Origin: Candidatus Micrarchaeota archaeon
GTDB taxonomy: Archaea; Micrarchaeota; Micrarchaeia; Norongarragalinales; SBBD01
Length of the DNA stretch: 36,394 nt
Direction of reading: 5' to 3'
NCBI GenBank assembly: GCA_043820675.1
Contig: JBDRDM010000079.1
Span: 1-36,394 of the forward strand
The translations under genes and the position numbers were made by a program. Within the stretch, counting starts at the first letter, position 1, and each line of letters opens with the position of its first letter. Shown here piece by piece: positions 28,547 to 36,394 of this stretch. The notes beneath the pieces are model-generated. The model saw only the letters and a list, made by a program, of their open reading frames with translations. It was not told where the DNA came from and made no database searches.

Positions 28547-29840
28547 ATCCGTTTTTAATTCGCAATCCCCTAAGCCTTGTGTGTTCAAGTTCCAACCCGA
28601 AGAATTCATCGTCGAGGAAATAACCTCCGGAGGGGAAGTGCTTGAAGTCGACAGGCAAATTACCAAGCTGGACGAAAAACTCGTTTCGAACAACAATTTC
28701 TTCTCCCATTTCGTTTTGCAAAAAAGGCTCTGGACGACTGGAAATGCGGTCCGGCAGATCGCGGATAGGCTGCACATCAATTCCGGCAGGATCAATTTTG
28801 CAGGGAACAAGGACCGCAATGCCCTCACGACGCAGCTTTGCAGTGCATTTGCAATTCAGCCAGAAAGGCTAAATTCCCTGAACATTAAGGACATCCGGAT
28901 TTTGGGGGCGTGGCTTGCCAACGAAAAGGTGAAATTGGGGGGCCTTTCTGGAAACCGCTTTACCCTAACCCTTACGGAGGAGAACATCGGGAAAGAGGAA
29001 TTTGGGAAATTAAGCGAAAAAAAGATCCTCTCCAAACTGAAAAAAAACAATTATACCCTCCCCAATTATTTCGGGGATCAAAGGTTCGGAAGCGCCAGGA
29101 AGAATACTGCAATTGTCGGGAAAATGCTTATCCTAGGGGCGTTCAAGGAAGCGGTCCTGAACTACCTCACCTGTACCGATGAAGGCGAAAGGGATGAAGT
29201 TGCGCGGGCCGCAAGGAAACGCCTTTCAAAGGAAATGGACTTCGGGCAGGCGCTTAATTACTTCCCCCATTTCCTAAGGATTGAAAAGCAGATGCTCTCG
29301 CACCTAGTGAATAATCCGAATGATTTTCTGGGCGCATTCCGAAGGCTTCACCGCCCGCTGCAGCTTCTATTCATCCATGCATACCAAAGCTACCTGTTCA
29401 ACCTTCTTTTGGAAAAACGGGTGAAGGGGAAAAAATTGCTAATGCCGGAGATCGGAGGCCATTACTGCAAGCTGGACGAGTTCGGTTTCCCAGAGGATGA
29501 AAAAGCTGAGTTTATCAATTCCAAGCAGAAAGTGAAGGATGTCTCGAAACTGATCAAGGAACGGACGGCAGTTCTTCTTGGCCAGCTCATTGGCTATAAT
29601 TCGGCGCTTTCCAAGGGGGAGGAAAAGCTGCTTGCCAAGGAGAAAATCAAGAAGGGGGAATTCGTGATGAAGAGCACACCAGAGCTCAACTCCAAGGGCG
29701 CACTTAGGCCCAATTTCGTATTTCTTAGGGATTTTTCCTGCGAGGAATTTAATGAAGGCGGGAAACGCAAGATCCGTCTCCGTTTTGCGCTCCCATCCGG
29801 AAGCTATGCGACGGTCGCATTGAAAGAGATATTAAGTTGA
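28539..29840 (+). CDS. truD: tRNA pseudouridine(13) synthase TruD
   Basis: PEEFIVEE, FAGNKDRNALTTQ, GNRF, PNYFGDQRFG and LPSGSYAT motifs. Probable ATG at 28539 overlaps the upstream stop. Confidence 0.95.
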   Translation: MFESVFNSQSPKPCVFKFQPEEFIVEEITSGGEVLEVDRQITKLDEKLVSNNNFFSHFVLQKRLWTTGNAVRQIADRLHINSGRINFAGNKDRNALTTQLCSAFAIQPERLNSLNIKDIRILGAWLANEKVKLGGLSGNRFTLTLTEENIGKEEFGKLSEKKILSKLKKNNYTLPNYFGDQRFGSARKNTAIVGKMLILGAFKEAVLNYLTCTDEGERDEVARAARKRLSKEMDFGQALNYFPHFLRIEKQMLSHLVNNPNDFLGAFRRLHRPLQLLFIHAYQSYLFNLLLEKRVKGKKLLMPEIGGHYCKLDEFGFPEDEKAEFINSKQKVKDVSKLIKERTAVLLGQLIGYNSALSKGEEKLLAKEKIKKGEFVMKSTPELNSKGALRPNFVFLRDFSCEEFNEGGKRKIRLRFALPSGSYATVALKEILS

Positions 29841-30535
29841 AGGATTCTAATTCGAGGGATATCTCCATGTTCGATCCATCCATCTGGAAAAAGCTCAAAA
29901 GGGGCCCGCAGATAATCACCCTAAAGGATGCCTCCTTAATTTCCGGTTTGACGGGCCTGCAAAGCGGGGATCTGGTAGTAGATGCCGGTGCGGGAAGCGG
30001 CTATCTGGCAGCATATTTGGGCTCGATTGTGGCGCCGGCTGGTAAGGTCATAACCTATGAAATCCGGCCCGAGTTCGCCGAGCTTGCAAGGAAAAATATA
30101 GCCCGGGCGGGCATGGATAAATTTGTTGAATTGAAGGAAAAGGATGCCTTTGCTGGGTTTGATGAGCATGATGCGGATCTTATAACCTTGGACATGGCCG
30201 AAAGCGAAAGGGTGCTAGGGCATGCAAAAACTTCCCTTAGGATGGGCGGCTGGATTGTGGGCTACCTCCCGAATGTGGAGCAGGCAGGCAAATTTGTCGC
30301 GGAAGCGGAGAAATTAAAGCTTAGGGTGGAACGGGTAACGGACGCTTTCCTTCGCGATTGGAAGGTACGCAGCTACGGGAGCCGGCCTGAAAATACCGGG
30401 TTAATTTTCACGGCCTTTTTGGTTTTTTTAAGGAAGATCAGCGAGGAGGAATTCGACAGGGCAAGGGAGGAAAACACCAAATCCAACCGGAGGGATAGGC
30501 GGATTAGGGGCAAATTGGATTCTCAAAGCAAATAG
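29837..30535 (+). CDS. trmI: tRNA (adenine-N1)-methyltransferase TrmI/Gcd14 family
   Basis: KRGPQIITLKD, DAGAGSG, TYEIRPEF, LD and YLPNVEQ motifs. Confidence 0.88.
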   Translation: MKDSNSRDISMFDPSIWKKLKRGPQIITLKDASLISGLTGLQSGDLVVDAGAGSGYLAAYLGSIVAPAGKVITYEIRPEFAELARKNIARAGMDKFVELKEKDAFAGFDEHDADLITLDMAESERVLGHAKTSLRMGGWIVGYLPNVEQAGKFVAEAEKLKLRVERVTDAFLRDWKVRSYGSRPENTGLIFTAFLVFLRKISEEEFDRAREENTKSNRRDRRIRGKLDSQSK

Positions 30536-30628
30536 GGGGGAGGCGGCGACACGTGGTGGGGGGTTACCCCCCATTGGGTGTCGAGGAAAACACCAAATCC
30601 AACCGGAGGGATAGGCGGATTAGGGGCA
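30467..30628 (+). repeat. perfect 46-bp direct repeat (30467-30512 and 30583-30628) flanking a hairpin element
   Basis: GAGGAAAACACCAAATCCAACCGGAGGGATAGGCGGATTAGGGGCA occurs twice, 70 bp apart. Confidence 0.95.
30533..30582. repeat. REP-like hairpin element, copy 1
   Basis: TAGGGGGGAGGCGGC-GACAC-gtgg-TGGGGGG-tta-CCCCCCA-ttgg-GTGTC; a related copy lies at 32024-32075. Confidence 0.75.
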
Positions 30629-30642
30629 GGCTCGGCTGATAT

Positions 30643-31302
30643 TCATCTTCCCTCATCTTGGTCCTTTTTGATTTTTGCGCGAAGTGCCGCAAGGTCCATC
30701 TTATTGACATCGGACTTATCCGAAGCGGCCTGTTCTTTTGGTTTTTCCAGATCCTCAAATGGCGGAGTTGCGCTTCTATTTGACCCATCTTTTTCAGCTT
30801 CATTGGAAATTGGCTTTACCTCGAGTGTCGCAATTATTAGTCCCCCGGTATCCGGCAGCTCAATTGCGGGCGCATGGATCTCATTATTTTGGGGAGCCGC
30901 TCCGGGTTTATCGGGAAGCGTGATTTTGGGGGTATCGACCTTTACCGCTTTTATCGGGACGGCGTTTTCGCCATCATCATATCCCAATTCATAACTGGTG
31001 CCCTTCCCCTCGCTTTTTGCTTTGCCCTCTTCCCCTATTATCACCTTTTCCGGCTCGTCGCTTGCGCTTTCATTCGAACCGATCTTGTAGGCGAATGTGG
31101 GTTTTCCAATTGCGTTCTTGATTTCCTTTGCGGAGTTCCTATGCTCCCTGTTCATCCGAAATACGTATGTGATATATATGAAAATGCCAACGGCCAGGAA
31201 ACTCGAAAATACCGCGATCATCCAATAGAAGCCCTCGCGCCGAAGAGCCGAGACTGCCGTCAAAATCAGCAAAAGAAGGAATATGGCAACAACTCTCCAC
31301 AT
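30643..31302 (-). CDS. hypothetical membrane-anchored protein with low-complexity acidic/Pro-rich tail
   Basis: Two N-terminal hydrophobic helices followed by a disordered-looking tail. Confidence 0.7.
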   Translation of the reverse strand: MWRVVAIFLLLLILTAVSALRREGFYWMIAVFSSFLAVGIFIYITYVFRMNREHRNSAKEIKNAIGKPTFAYKIGSNESASDEPEKVIIGEEGKAKSEGKGTSYELGYDDGENAVPIKAVKVDTPKITLPDKPGAAPQNNEIHAPAIELPDTGGLIIATLEVKPISNEAEKDGSNRSATPPFEDLEKPKEQAASDKSDVNKMDLAALRAKIKKDQDEGR

Positions 31303-31338
31303 ACTTACCGAAGCAATTAACTTCCTGCCATTAAAAAG

Positions 31339-31950
31339 TTATTCTATTAGGTATTTCACTGCCTCCTCGAGATTGCTAACGCGAATAATCCTAATGCCCA
31401 TTGCGACTTCGCCCTCGTCCTTGATTTTCTGTCCGTTTGAAACCAGGAAAAAGGCCCTGTTGCCCTCTTTAGCCGCGATGATCTTTTCCTCGATGCCCCC
31501 GACTTCCCCAAGCTCCCCGCTTTCGGTGATTACGGCGCTGATTGCAACGTCCTGCCTAAGCGTCCTGCCGGTTTCAAGCGCGATGATGGCAAGTGCAAAC
31601 ATGCCCCCGGCGGATTCGCCAGAAACTTGGCTTGCCTCCCCTTTCACGGAAAGGATGATATCCACCTTTTCCGGGCTGATGCCAAGGTACTTTTCGGCGT
31701 TGAAACGCGCCTTCCTTAATGCGTATTCGACATCGTCCTTGAAGTTCGCATTCCCGATGCTGACAAGAGTGCGGCCCTCCCCCCTTGCAAGCTGCATTTC
31801 GAAATCAATCAGGTTGCCCTTCCCCGAATCCGTGATTGCGGGAGCCGAAAAAACAAGCTTCTTCCCCGACGGGAAGGCTGAATAACCCAAATTGAAGGCA
31901 ATTCCCATAGCAATGAGCAGCAGCACCGTAGCTACTATTTTTGGTTCCAT
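31339..31950 (-). CDS. stand-alone Lon-type (S16) serine protease domain with N-terminal anchor
   Basis: VSGESAG (catalytic Ser) and VGGIEEKI (catalytic Lys), an N-terminal TM helix, and no ATPase domain. Confidence 0.85.
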   Translation of the reverse strand: MEPKIVATVLLLIAMGIAFNLGYSAFPSGKKLVFSAPAITDSGKGNLIDFEMQLARGEGRTLVSIGNANFKDDVEYALRKARFNAEKYLGISPEKVDIILSVKGEASQVSGESAGGMFALAIIALETGRTLRQDVAISAVITESGELGEVGGIEEKIIAAKEGNRAFFLVSNGQKIKDEGEVAMGIRIIRVSNLEEAVKYLIE

Positions 31951-31973
31951 TGGTTTCACTTGAAAATAATAAA

Positions 31974-32198
31974 TGCCTAGGGAGGGATTTTCCGTGCCTT
32001 CCCATATTCCATATATTTGAATTTAGAGGGGGAGAGGCGACACGAGTGGGGGAACTAGTTCCCCCCATAGGTGTCATTTGAACCCTCGACTTCCAGATGC
32101 CACGAATGCCTTAAATATTTCATAGCTTTTCCAAGCTCAAAACTCGTAAGGGTATTCCTTATGAGTCTGGCACTCTTACCAAGCTGAGTTACCTAGGC
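31974..32198 (-). tRNA. tRNA-Met(CAT), probably elongator, with two interruptions (anticodon-loop intron ~32099-32159; T-loop insert ~31987-32075)
   Basis: Joining the exons gives a 75-nt cloverleaf: GCCTAGG/CCTAGGC acceptor, ACTC/GAGT D-stem, CCAGA-CTCATAA-TCTGG anticodon arm, GAGGG-TTCAAAT-CCCTC T-arm, discriminator A. Confidence 0.85.
32024..32075. repeat. REP-like hairpin element, copy 2 (inside the tRNA-Met T-loop insert)
   Basis: TAGAGGGGGAGAGGC-GACAC-gag-TGGGGGAACTAGTTCCCCCCA-tag-GTGTC, flanked by ATTTGAA at 32015-32021 and 32076-32082. Confidence 0.75.
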
Positions 32199-32249
32199 AG
32201 GGTAGAGATTAATGCGGTGAAGGAATAAAAAAGCGTGCAGGGGGGTTTT

Positions 32250-32735
32250 TCAGGTGGGCATGTTGCTGGGCCGCCTTCTGTGGGTGCTTTTTGCCTCCCA
32301 TTCAGGGAGCGGCGGGTTATTGAAGGGATTGAAATGCTCATTTGGGCTAAATTTCTTGCTAATTCGATTATATGTTCCAACGATCCATTGGGGCGGCACC
32401 CTTCTGAACATTTGGGCAAATCGGTTTACATAGTCCGCTCTTGGATTAATGGTGCCGTGTGAGGCGTCCCTCACAAGTTCCCTTGCATGTTCTGGAACAT
32501 ATGCTACGACCACATTCCTTGAGCCCATGTGGCTAGTTCCAATCTCCCTTTCGAATTCCTTATCAATCCGGCTATGTTCCGTTGCTGTTGATTGCACAAG
32601 GGTCCTTATTATTAGCCCCGTCTTCAACGTCTCATCTGCTACCTCTTCCGAGCTCCTATGTAAAAGCAAGATGCCCTCAGGTGCGCCGCGGGAATTAAGA
32701 TGGCTCCTTATCCGTTCGACTGCTTCGCTTGGCAT
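32250..32735 (-). CDS. hypothetical protein, possible ADP-ribosyltransferase-like fold
   Basis: Ordered motifs LLLHRS..TGL, VQSTA, VVVAYVP, VPPQWIVG and FSPNEHFNP. Start is 32735 or 32768. Confidence 0.55.
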   Translation of the reverse strand: MPSEAVERIRSHLNSRGAPEGILLLHRSSEEVADETLKTGLIIRTLVQSTATEHSRIDKEFEREIGTSHMGSRNVVVAYVPEHARELVRDASHGTINPRADYVNRFAQMFRRVPPQWIVGTYNRISKKFSPNEHFNPFNNPPLPEWEAKSTHRRRPSNMPT

Positions 32736-32825
32736 AATTGAATTATTCCGCGCCGCTATTTTTATCATTAGCGCTTCAGCATACCCCTGCTAAAGTTTAT
32801 AATAAACACCAACATTAAAGCTACC

Positions 32826-33869
32826 ATGGACCTCCTCGAATCGCTGCTGGCAAATGTTTCCATCCTTCTAGATAAGGACTATTATCCCGTATTGATCATA
32901 CTTGCATTCCTCGCACTTGCTTTTTCGAAGCACCGCCGAGTCCTGATCGTGAGCTTCCTCGTCGTAATTCTGCTTACGGCAACGCTAAAAACATTTTATC
33001 AGGAGGATCGGCCATGCAAGCTCTTTCCTGCCCTTGTCGATTGCAACGATTACGGCTTCCCTTCGGGCCATACCATAACCTCGATATTGCTGCCGGCCGC
33101 AACCCTTGGAAGCTGGGCCATGTTCATGTTTTTGCCTCTGGCATTCCTCATCGCCTTCTCCCGGATTTATGTGGGTGTGCATACCCTGAACCAGGTCGTT
33201 GCGGGTGTGTCGCTTGGGCTTTTCGTCTACTTTGCGCTTGAGCGCCTCCATGAGGGCCTTGAGCCCATTCGAAAGAAGGCAAGGAAGGGGATGGCCCTAA
33301 TTGAGGGGGGCCGCCAGGTCATCCACATTCTTGCGGGGTTAATTGTCATTTGCCTTTTGCTTTGGTTCGGGTTGGATGAATCCGGGCTTGCATCGGTTGA
33401 AATGCTGCTTTTGGGCTTCCTGATATCCGGAATGATGCTAATCAACATGCGCATGCTTGGGATGTGGGTTGGGCCATTTGGGAAAGTGCTGGATATGTTC
33501 GACAGGAAGGGCGATATCTTCCCCGGCAGGGGCCCATTGATGTACCTCGTGGGGCTTTTGCTCATCATGGCCTATTCAAAGGATTTCAATTTCATGCTTG
33601 CGGCGATTTCGATATTTTCATTGGGTGATGGGCTCTCGACCCTTGTTGGCACGAGGTATGGCTCGCATAAGCTAAGTTGGAACCCCGGAAAATCGTGGGA
33701 GGGCATGGCGGCCTTCTTTATTTCCGGTTCTGTTGCCGCCTATCTTTTTATAGGCCCTATTGCCCTATTTTATTCGGGCATCCTTGCGCTTGTCGAGACG
33801 CTCGATTTCCACATCGATGACAATTTGCTCATACCATTCTTTGCGGTCGTTATCCATACATTCTTGTGA
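32826..33869 (+). CDS. PAP2 phosphatase fused to a CTP-dependent polyprenol (dolichol/phytol) kinase-like domain
   Basis: PAP2 motifs KxxxxxxRP, FPSGH and SRIYVGVH. Kinase motifs RQVIH, GDGLSTLVG, KSWEG and DDNL. Confidence 0.85.
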   Translation: MDLLESLLANVSILLDKDYYPVLIILAFLALAFSKHRRVLIVSFLVVILLTATLKTFYQEDRPCKLFPALVDCNDYGFPSGHTITSILLPAATLGSWAMFMFLPLAFLIAFSRIYVGVHTLNQVVAGVSLGLFVYFALERLHEGLEPIRKKARKGMALIEGGRQVIHILAGLIVICLLLWFGLDESGLASVEMLLLGFLISGMMLINMRMLGMWVGPFGKVLDMFDRKGDIFPGRGPLMYLVGLLLIMAYSKDFNFMLAAISIFSLGDGLSTLVGTRYGSHKLSWNPGKSWEGMAAFFISGSVAAYLFIGPIALFYSGILALVETLDFHIDDNLLIPFFAVVIHTFL

Positions 33870-34519
33870 TGGCCATGATAGGAAAACTCATAGTGATTGA
33901 AGGCACGGATGCCGTAGGCAAGGGCACCCAATCAAAGCTGCTCGCAAAGCGCCTGGAAGCTTGCGGGAAAGCCGCGGAAATAATCAATTTCCCAACGTAT
34001 GGGAGCGAATTTGGAAAACTGATCAAGCGCTACCTTGCTGGGGATTTCGGGGACAAGGAAAGGTTTCCGCCGGAGGTTATTTCGATGCTTTATGCCCTCG
34101 ACCGCTACCAATACTCGCAGACCCTGGGCAAAAAATTGCGGTCCGGTTCATACCTTATTTGCAACCGCTATTCCCAAAGCAATCTTTACCAGGCGGCGAA
34201 AATTCCCTCTGGAAAAGGAAGGGAAAGGTTCATAATATGGTTCGAATCCATGGAAAGCCGCCTTCCAAAGGCCGATGTTGTGGTTTTCCTCAACCTCCCG
34301 GGTAGGGCGTCAAGGAAGCTGCTCAAAGCGCGCGGGGAAAAAATCGACATACATGAGAAGGATTTGCACTACCAGGAAGCGGTGCGCAAGCTATACCTTT
34401 GGGAGGCCAGGAAGAGGAAGTGGATCGTGATAAACTGCTCAACCGGTGGCGCACTAAAATCAAAGGATGCGATTTCCCAGGAAATTTTTTCGGCGCTTAA
34501 AAGGAAGCTGAATTGCTAA
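33869..34519 (+). CDS. tmk: thymidylate kinase
   Basis: IVIEGTDAVGKGTQ P-loop, LYALDR, CNRY and DIHE motifs. Confidence 0.9.
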   Translation: MAMIGKLIVIEGTDAVGKGTQSKLLAKRLEACGKAAEIINFPTYGSEFGKLIKRYLAGDFGDKERFPPEVISMLYALDRYQYSQTLGKKLRSGSYLICNRYSQSNLYQAAKIPSGKGRERFIIWFESMESRLPKADVVVFLNLPGRASRKLLKARGEKIDIHEKDLHYQEAVRKLYLWEARKRKWIVINCSTGGALKSKDAISQEIFSALKRKLNC

Positions 34520-34536
34520 TCTTTTTTTCCGTATTT

Positions 34537-34760
34537 ATTCGCGAATCTTACTTAGGCAGGGGAACGACCGGTTTGGTCAATGAGGGCGATAGATTTTTCA
34601 ACCAAGACGAATTCACAGAAGTAATTAGGGGGGGAACGAAAACTTTTTTCAATGCCTTGCCCCTTTCTTTCCGGAAAGAAAGCGGCGATGGCTCCGCTGG
34701 AAAGAAAGCAATTTTGATTCGCGAATCTAATGTAGGAAGGGGAACGAACAATCGGTTCAA
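34537..34760. repeat. three degenerate ~42-44-bp direct repeats
   Basis: ATTCGCGAATCT..TAGG.AGGGGAACGA.....TCAA at 34537-34580 and 34717-34760, with a weaker copy at 34611-34652. Confidence 0.65.
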
Positions 34761-34790
34761 GGGGAAACCTGGGTTTCCCCGTCGCCGATA

Positions 34791-34864
34791 CGGGCTCGAA
34801 GGGATTTGAACCCTTGACATTTCGGTTAAGAGCCGAACGCTCTGCCAAGCTGAGCTACGAGCCC
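34791..34864 (-). tRNA. tRNA-Lys(CTT)
   Basis: GGGCTCGTAGCTCAGCTTGGCAGAGCGTTCGGCTCTTAACCGAAATGTCAAGGGTTCAAATCCCTTCGAGCCCG folds as an intronless cloverleaf. Confidence 0.95.
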
Positions 34865-34977
34865 CCCAATAAATCCCATTTGGCCGGCCGATTCCGCATT
34901 ATTCGGACGCCCGATGAATCCAAACGGCATTAGCATCAGAGGTTATATTTTCTGCATTGTTTCCAATAAAAACGCTT

Positions 34978-36393
34978 CTATTCGGGAGGTTTTAGGGGCT
35001 GGGGTGCGCCTTCCTTTAGCGCATCCGGGGTTTTTTGTACTTCCGATCCCGTTGCTTTAACCGGCTTCCCCCTGCCTTCCATCCTGTTATCGAATTCTGC
35101 AATGCGGGTATTAACTTCAGTAAGTTCCTTTTGCTTTTGCGTCATGGCCATGTTGTATGTGTCGAAGGCAAGGTCGCGTTTGAGGTAATGTATCTTGAGG
35201 GTATTCATTTCTTCGAGGATGCTGCGCTTGCGCTGGTGGAGCATATCTCCCATTTTCTGCTCCCTTTCCAATTTAGAAAGCACATGGTATAGCGCATATG
35301 ATATCAGCATCATTCCGATGAAGATCGCCGAATAGAATAGAAACTCGTTCTCCTTTACCTGCACGTAAAGCGGCTTTAGGCTTGCTTTTTTGCCTATCGG
35401 GAGGCTGAGTTCCTGCAGGCCGGATTCGTTCAAATCGTTTTCGAGCTCGATTGTATATTTGCCCGCAAGCAGCCTTGGGAACTTTGGCGTTATATCGCAC
35501 CTGAACCTGGAAAAGTTGCCCCCGAAGGAAGCATGGCACTCGCATGCCGCGGCAGTTGCCCGCTTCGGGTCGCTTGGCGAAGGGTAGCAGACTGGATCCT
35601 TGAGGGGGTATTTGCTGTCGGTCAATGCGATTAGGATTACGCGCGATGATTCCCGTATGAGCTCTGGCTCGTATTCGGACTTGAGTACCTTGATGATGTT
35701 GAATATCGCCTTGTTGGTCGCGTTTTGTATCTTCGAGAGGGTTTCATCCGATACCTTGCCCCTAAGGTCCGCTACCGGGTCTTCCTCTAGGGGATTCAAT
35801 TTCTGGAAGCCTGGAGTTGGCGATGGATATTCGCCTGCAAATGGGGATGGTTCCGGCGAGGGTGATGTTTCAGAACTGCCGCTTCCACCTGTTCCACCCA
35901 AATTTGTCGGTGCGGGACTGGATGCCTGCGCGCATTGTATGCCCTCAGTGCTCCAAATGAAATTGCCATTTTCCTCGATGCAATAGTATGTGGCCCCCCC
36001 GCAGTTGATGCCCCCCTTTAACTTGCATTTGTTGTCGCGGTCGCAGTTAAAGGTGGAGTACTCGCATATGCCCACTGCAAGGTTCGCGCCGCATCCAGTG
36101 CATGCGCCCCCTATCTTGAGCGACTTGCGTGTTGGATCGCTGCATACTTCGGGAATGCATGCTCCATCTTTGGGAAGGGTCGAGCAACCCGTTTGGTTGG
36201 AGCAGGAAGGGGCGCAGCAACCTCCCTGCCCGGCTGCGCAGGCAACCGTCTCACGAACCTCGCAAAGAAGGCTGTTAGGGTTGGGCGCGAATTTTTTATA
36301 TGAAATATCGCCGCTATCCGCGCGCTGGCAGAAATTTCCAACCGAGCATTTGTTTGCGGGCGTGAACGCACCGGTTGGGGATCTTGAGCAGCC
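34978..36393 (-). CDS. Cys-rich cell-surface membrane protein (3' part; start lies beyond the window end)
   Basis: The frame stays open upstream of the listed GTG at 36075 to the window edge (GCSRSP...KCSVGNFC...GGCCAPSC...CTGC). It continues with a Pro/Ser linker, one TM helix and a C-terminal coiled coil. Confidence 0.8.
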   Translation of the reverse strand, partial: GCSRSPTGAFTPANKCSVGNFCQRADSGDISYKKFAPNPNSLLCEVRETVACAAGQGGCCAPSCSNQTGCSTLPKDGACIPEVCSDPTRKSLKIGGACTGCGANLAVGICEYSTFNCDRDNKCKLKGGINCGGATYYCIEENGNFIWSTEGIQCAQASSPAPTNLGGTGGSGSSETSPSPEPSPFAGEYPSPTPGFQKLNPLEEDPVADLRGKVSDETLSKIQNATNKAIFNIIKVLKSEYEPELIRESSRVILIALTDSKYPLKDPVCYPSPSDPKRATAAACECHASFGGNFSRFRCDITPKFPRLLAGKYTIELENDLNESGLQELSLPIGKKASLKPLYVQVKENEFLFYSAIFIGMMLISYALYHVLSKLEREQKMGDMLHQRKRSILEEMNTLKIHYLKRDLAFDTYNMAMTQKQKELTEVNTRIAEFDNRMEGRGKPVKATGSEVQKTPDALKEGAPQPLKPPE

Positions 36394-36394
36394 G

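Noticed and set aside
30467-30628. Direct repeat as a DGR template/variable pair or a mini-CRISPR
   Set aside because: The copies are identical with no adenine-specific mismatches, there is no reverse transcriptase or cas gene in the window, and one copy is coding sequence.
34537-34760. CRISPR array
   Set aside because: The units are too degenerate, the spacers are unequal (30 vs 64 bp), and no cas genes are present.
34513-34848. Short ORFs across the tmk/tRNA-Lys intergenic region
   Set aside because: They overlap the tRNA and repeats and show no protein-like motifs.

Overview
Archaeal chromosomal window. The topoisomerase VI, aDim2, TrmI, archaeal-type MtaB and intron-containing tRNA mark it as archaeal; a DPANN (Micrarchaeota/Diapherotrites-like) origin is an inference from gene content. 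Housekeeping genes: NiCoT-type transporter (partial), mtaB, Yip1, purS-purQ-purL-purF/purN (fused), nadC, MarC, KH-top6B-top6A (with a 569-aa LAGLIDADG intein), truD, trmI, Lon-type protease, PAP2/polyprenol-kinase fusion, tmk, tRNA-Lys and tRNA-Met. The most striking accessory feature is a family of six full-length (~480-515 aa) paralogues plus one remnant. Each has a C-terminal PEP-utilizer phospho-His swivel domain behind a highly divergent ~400-aa helical region, and none has an ATP-grasp or PEP-binding barrel. Four sit in a tight operon with a HAD phosphatase and one is followed by an HTH_10 regulator. This looks like a diversified arsenal of split (RPH/phenylphosphate-synthase-like) phosphotransferases. 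Other oddities: a tRNA-Met interrupted twice (anticodon loop and T-loop); a small GACAC...GTGTC hairpin element that occurs both in that T-loop insert and between 46-bp direct repeats at the end of trmI; an ADP-ribosyltransferase-like ORF upstream of the tRNA; and a pair of orphan paralogues. All product calls come from motif recognition only; no searches were run.
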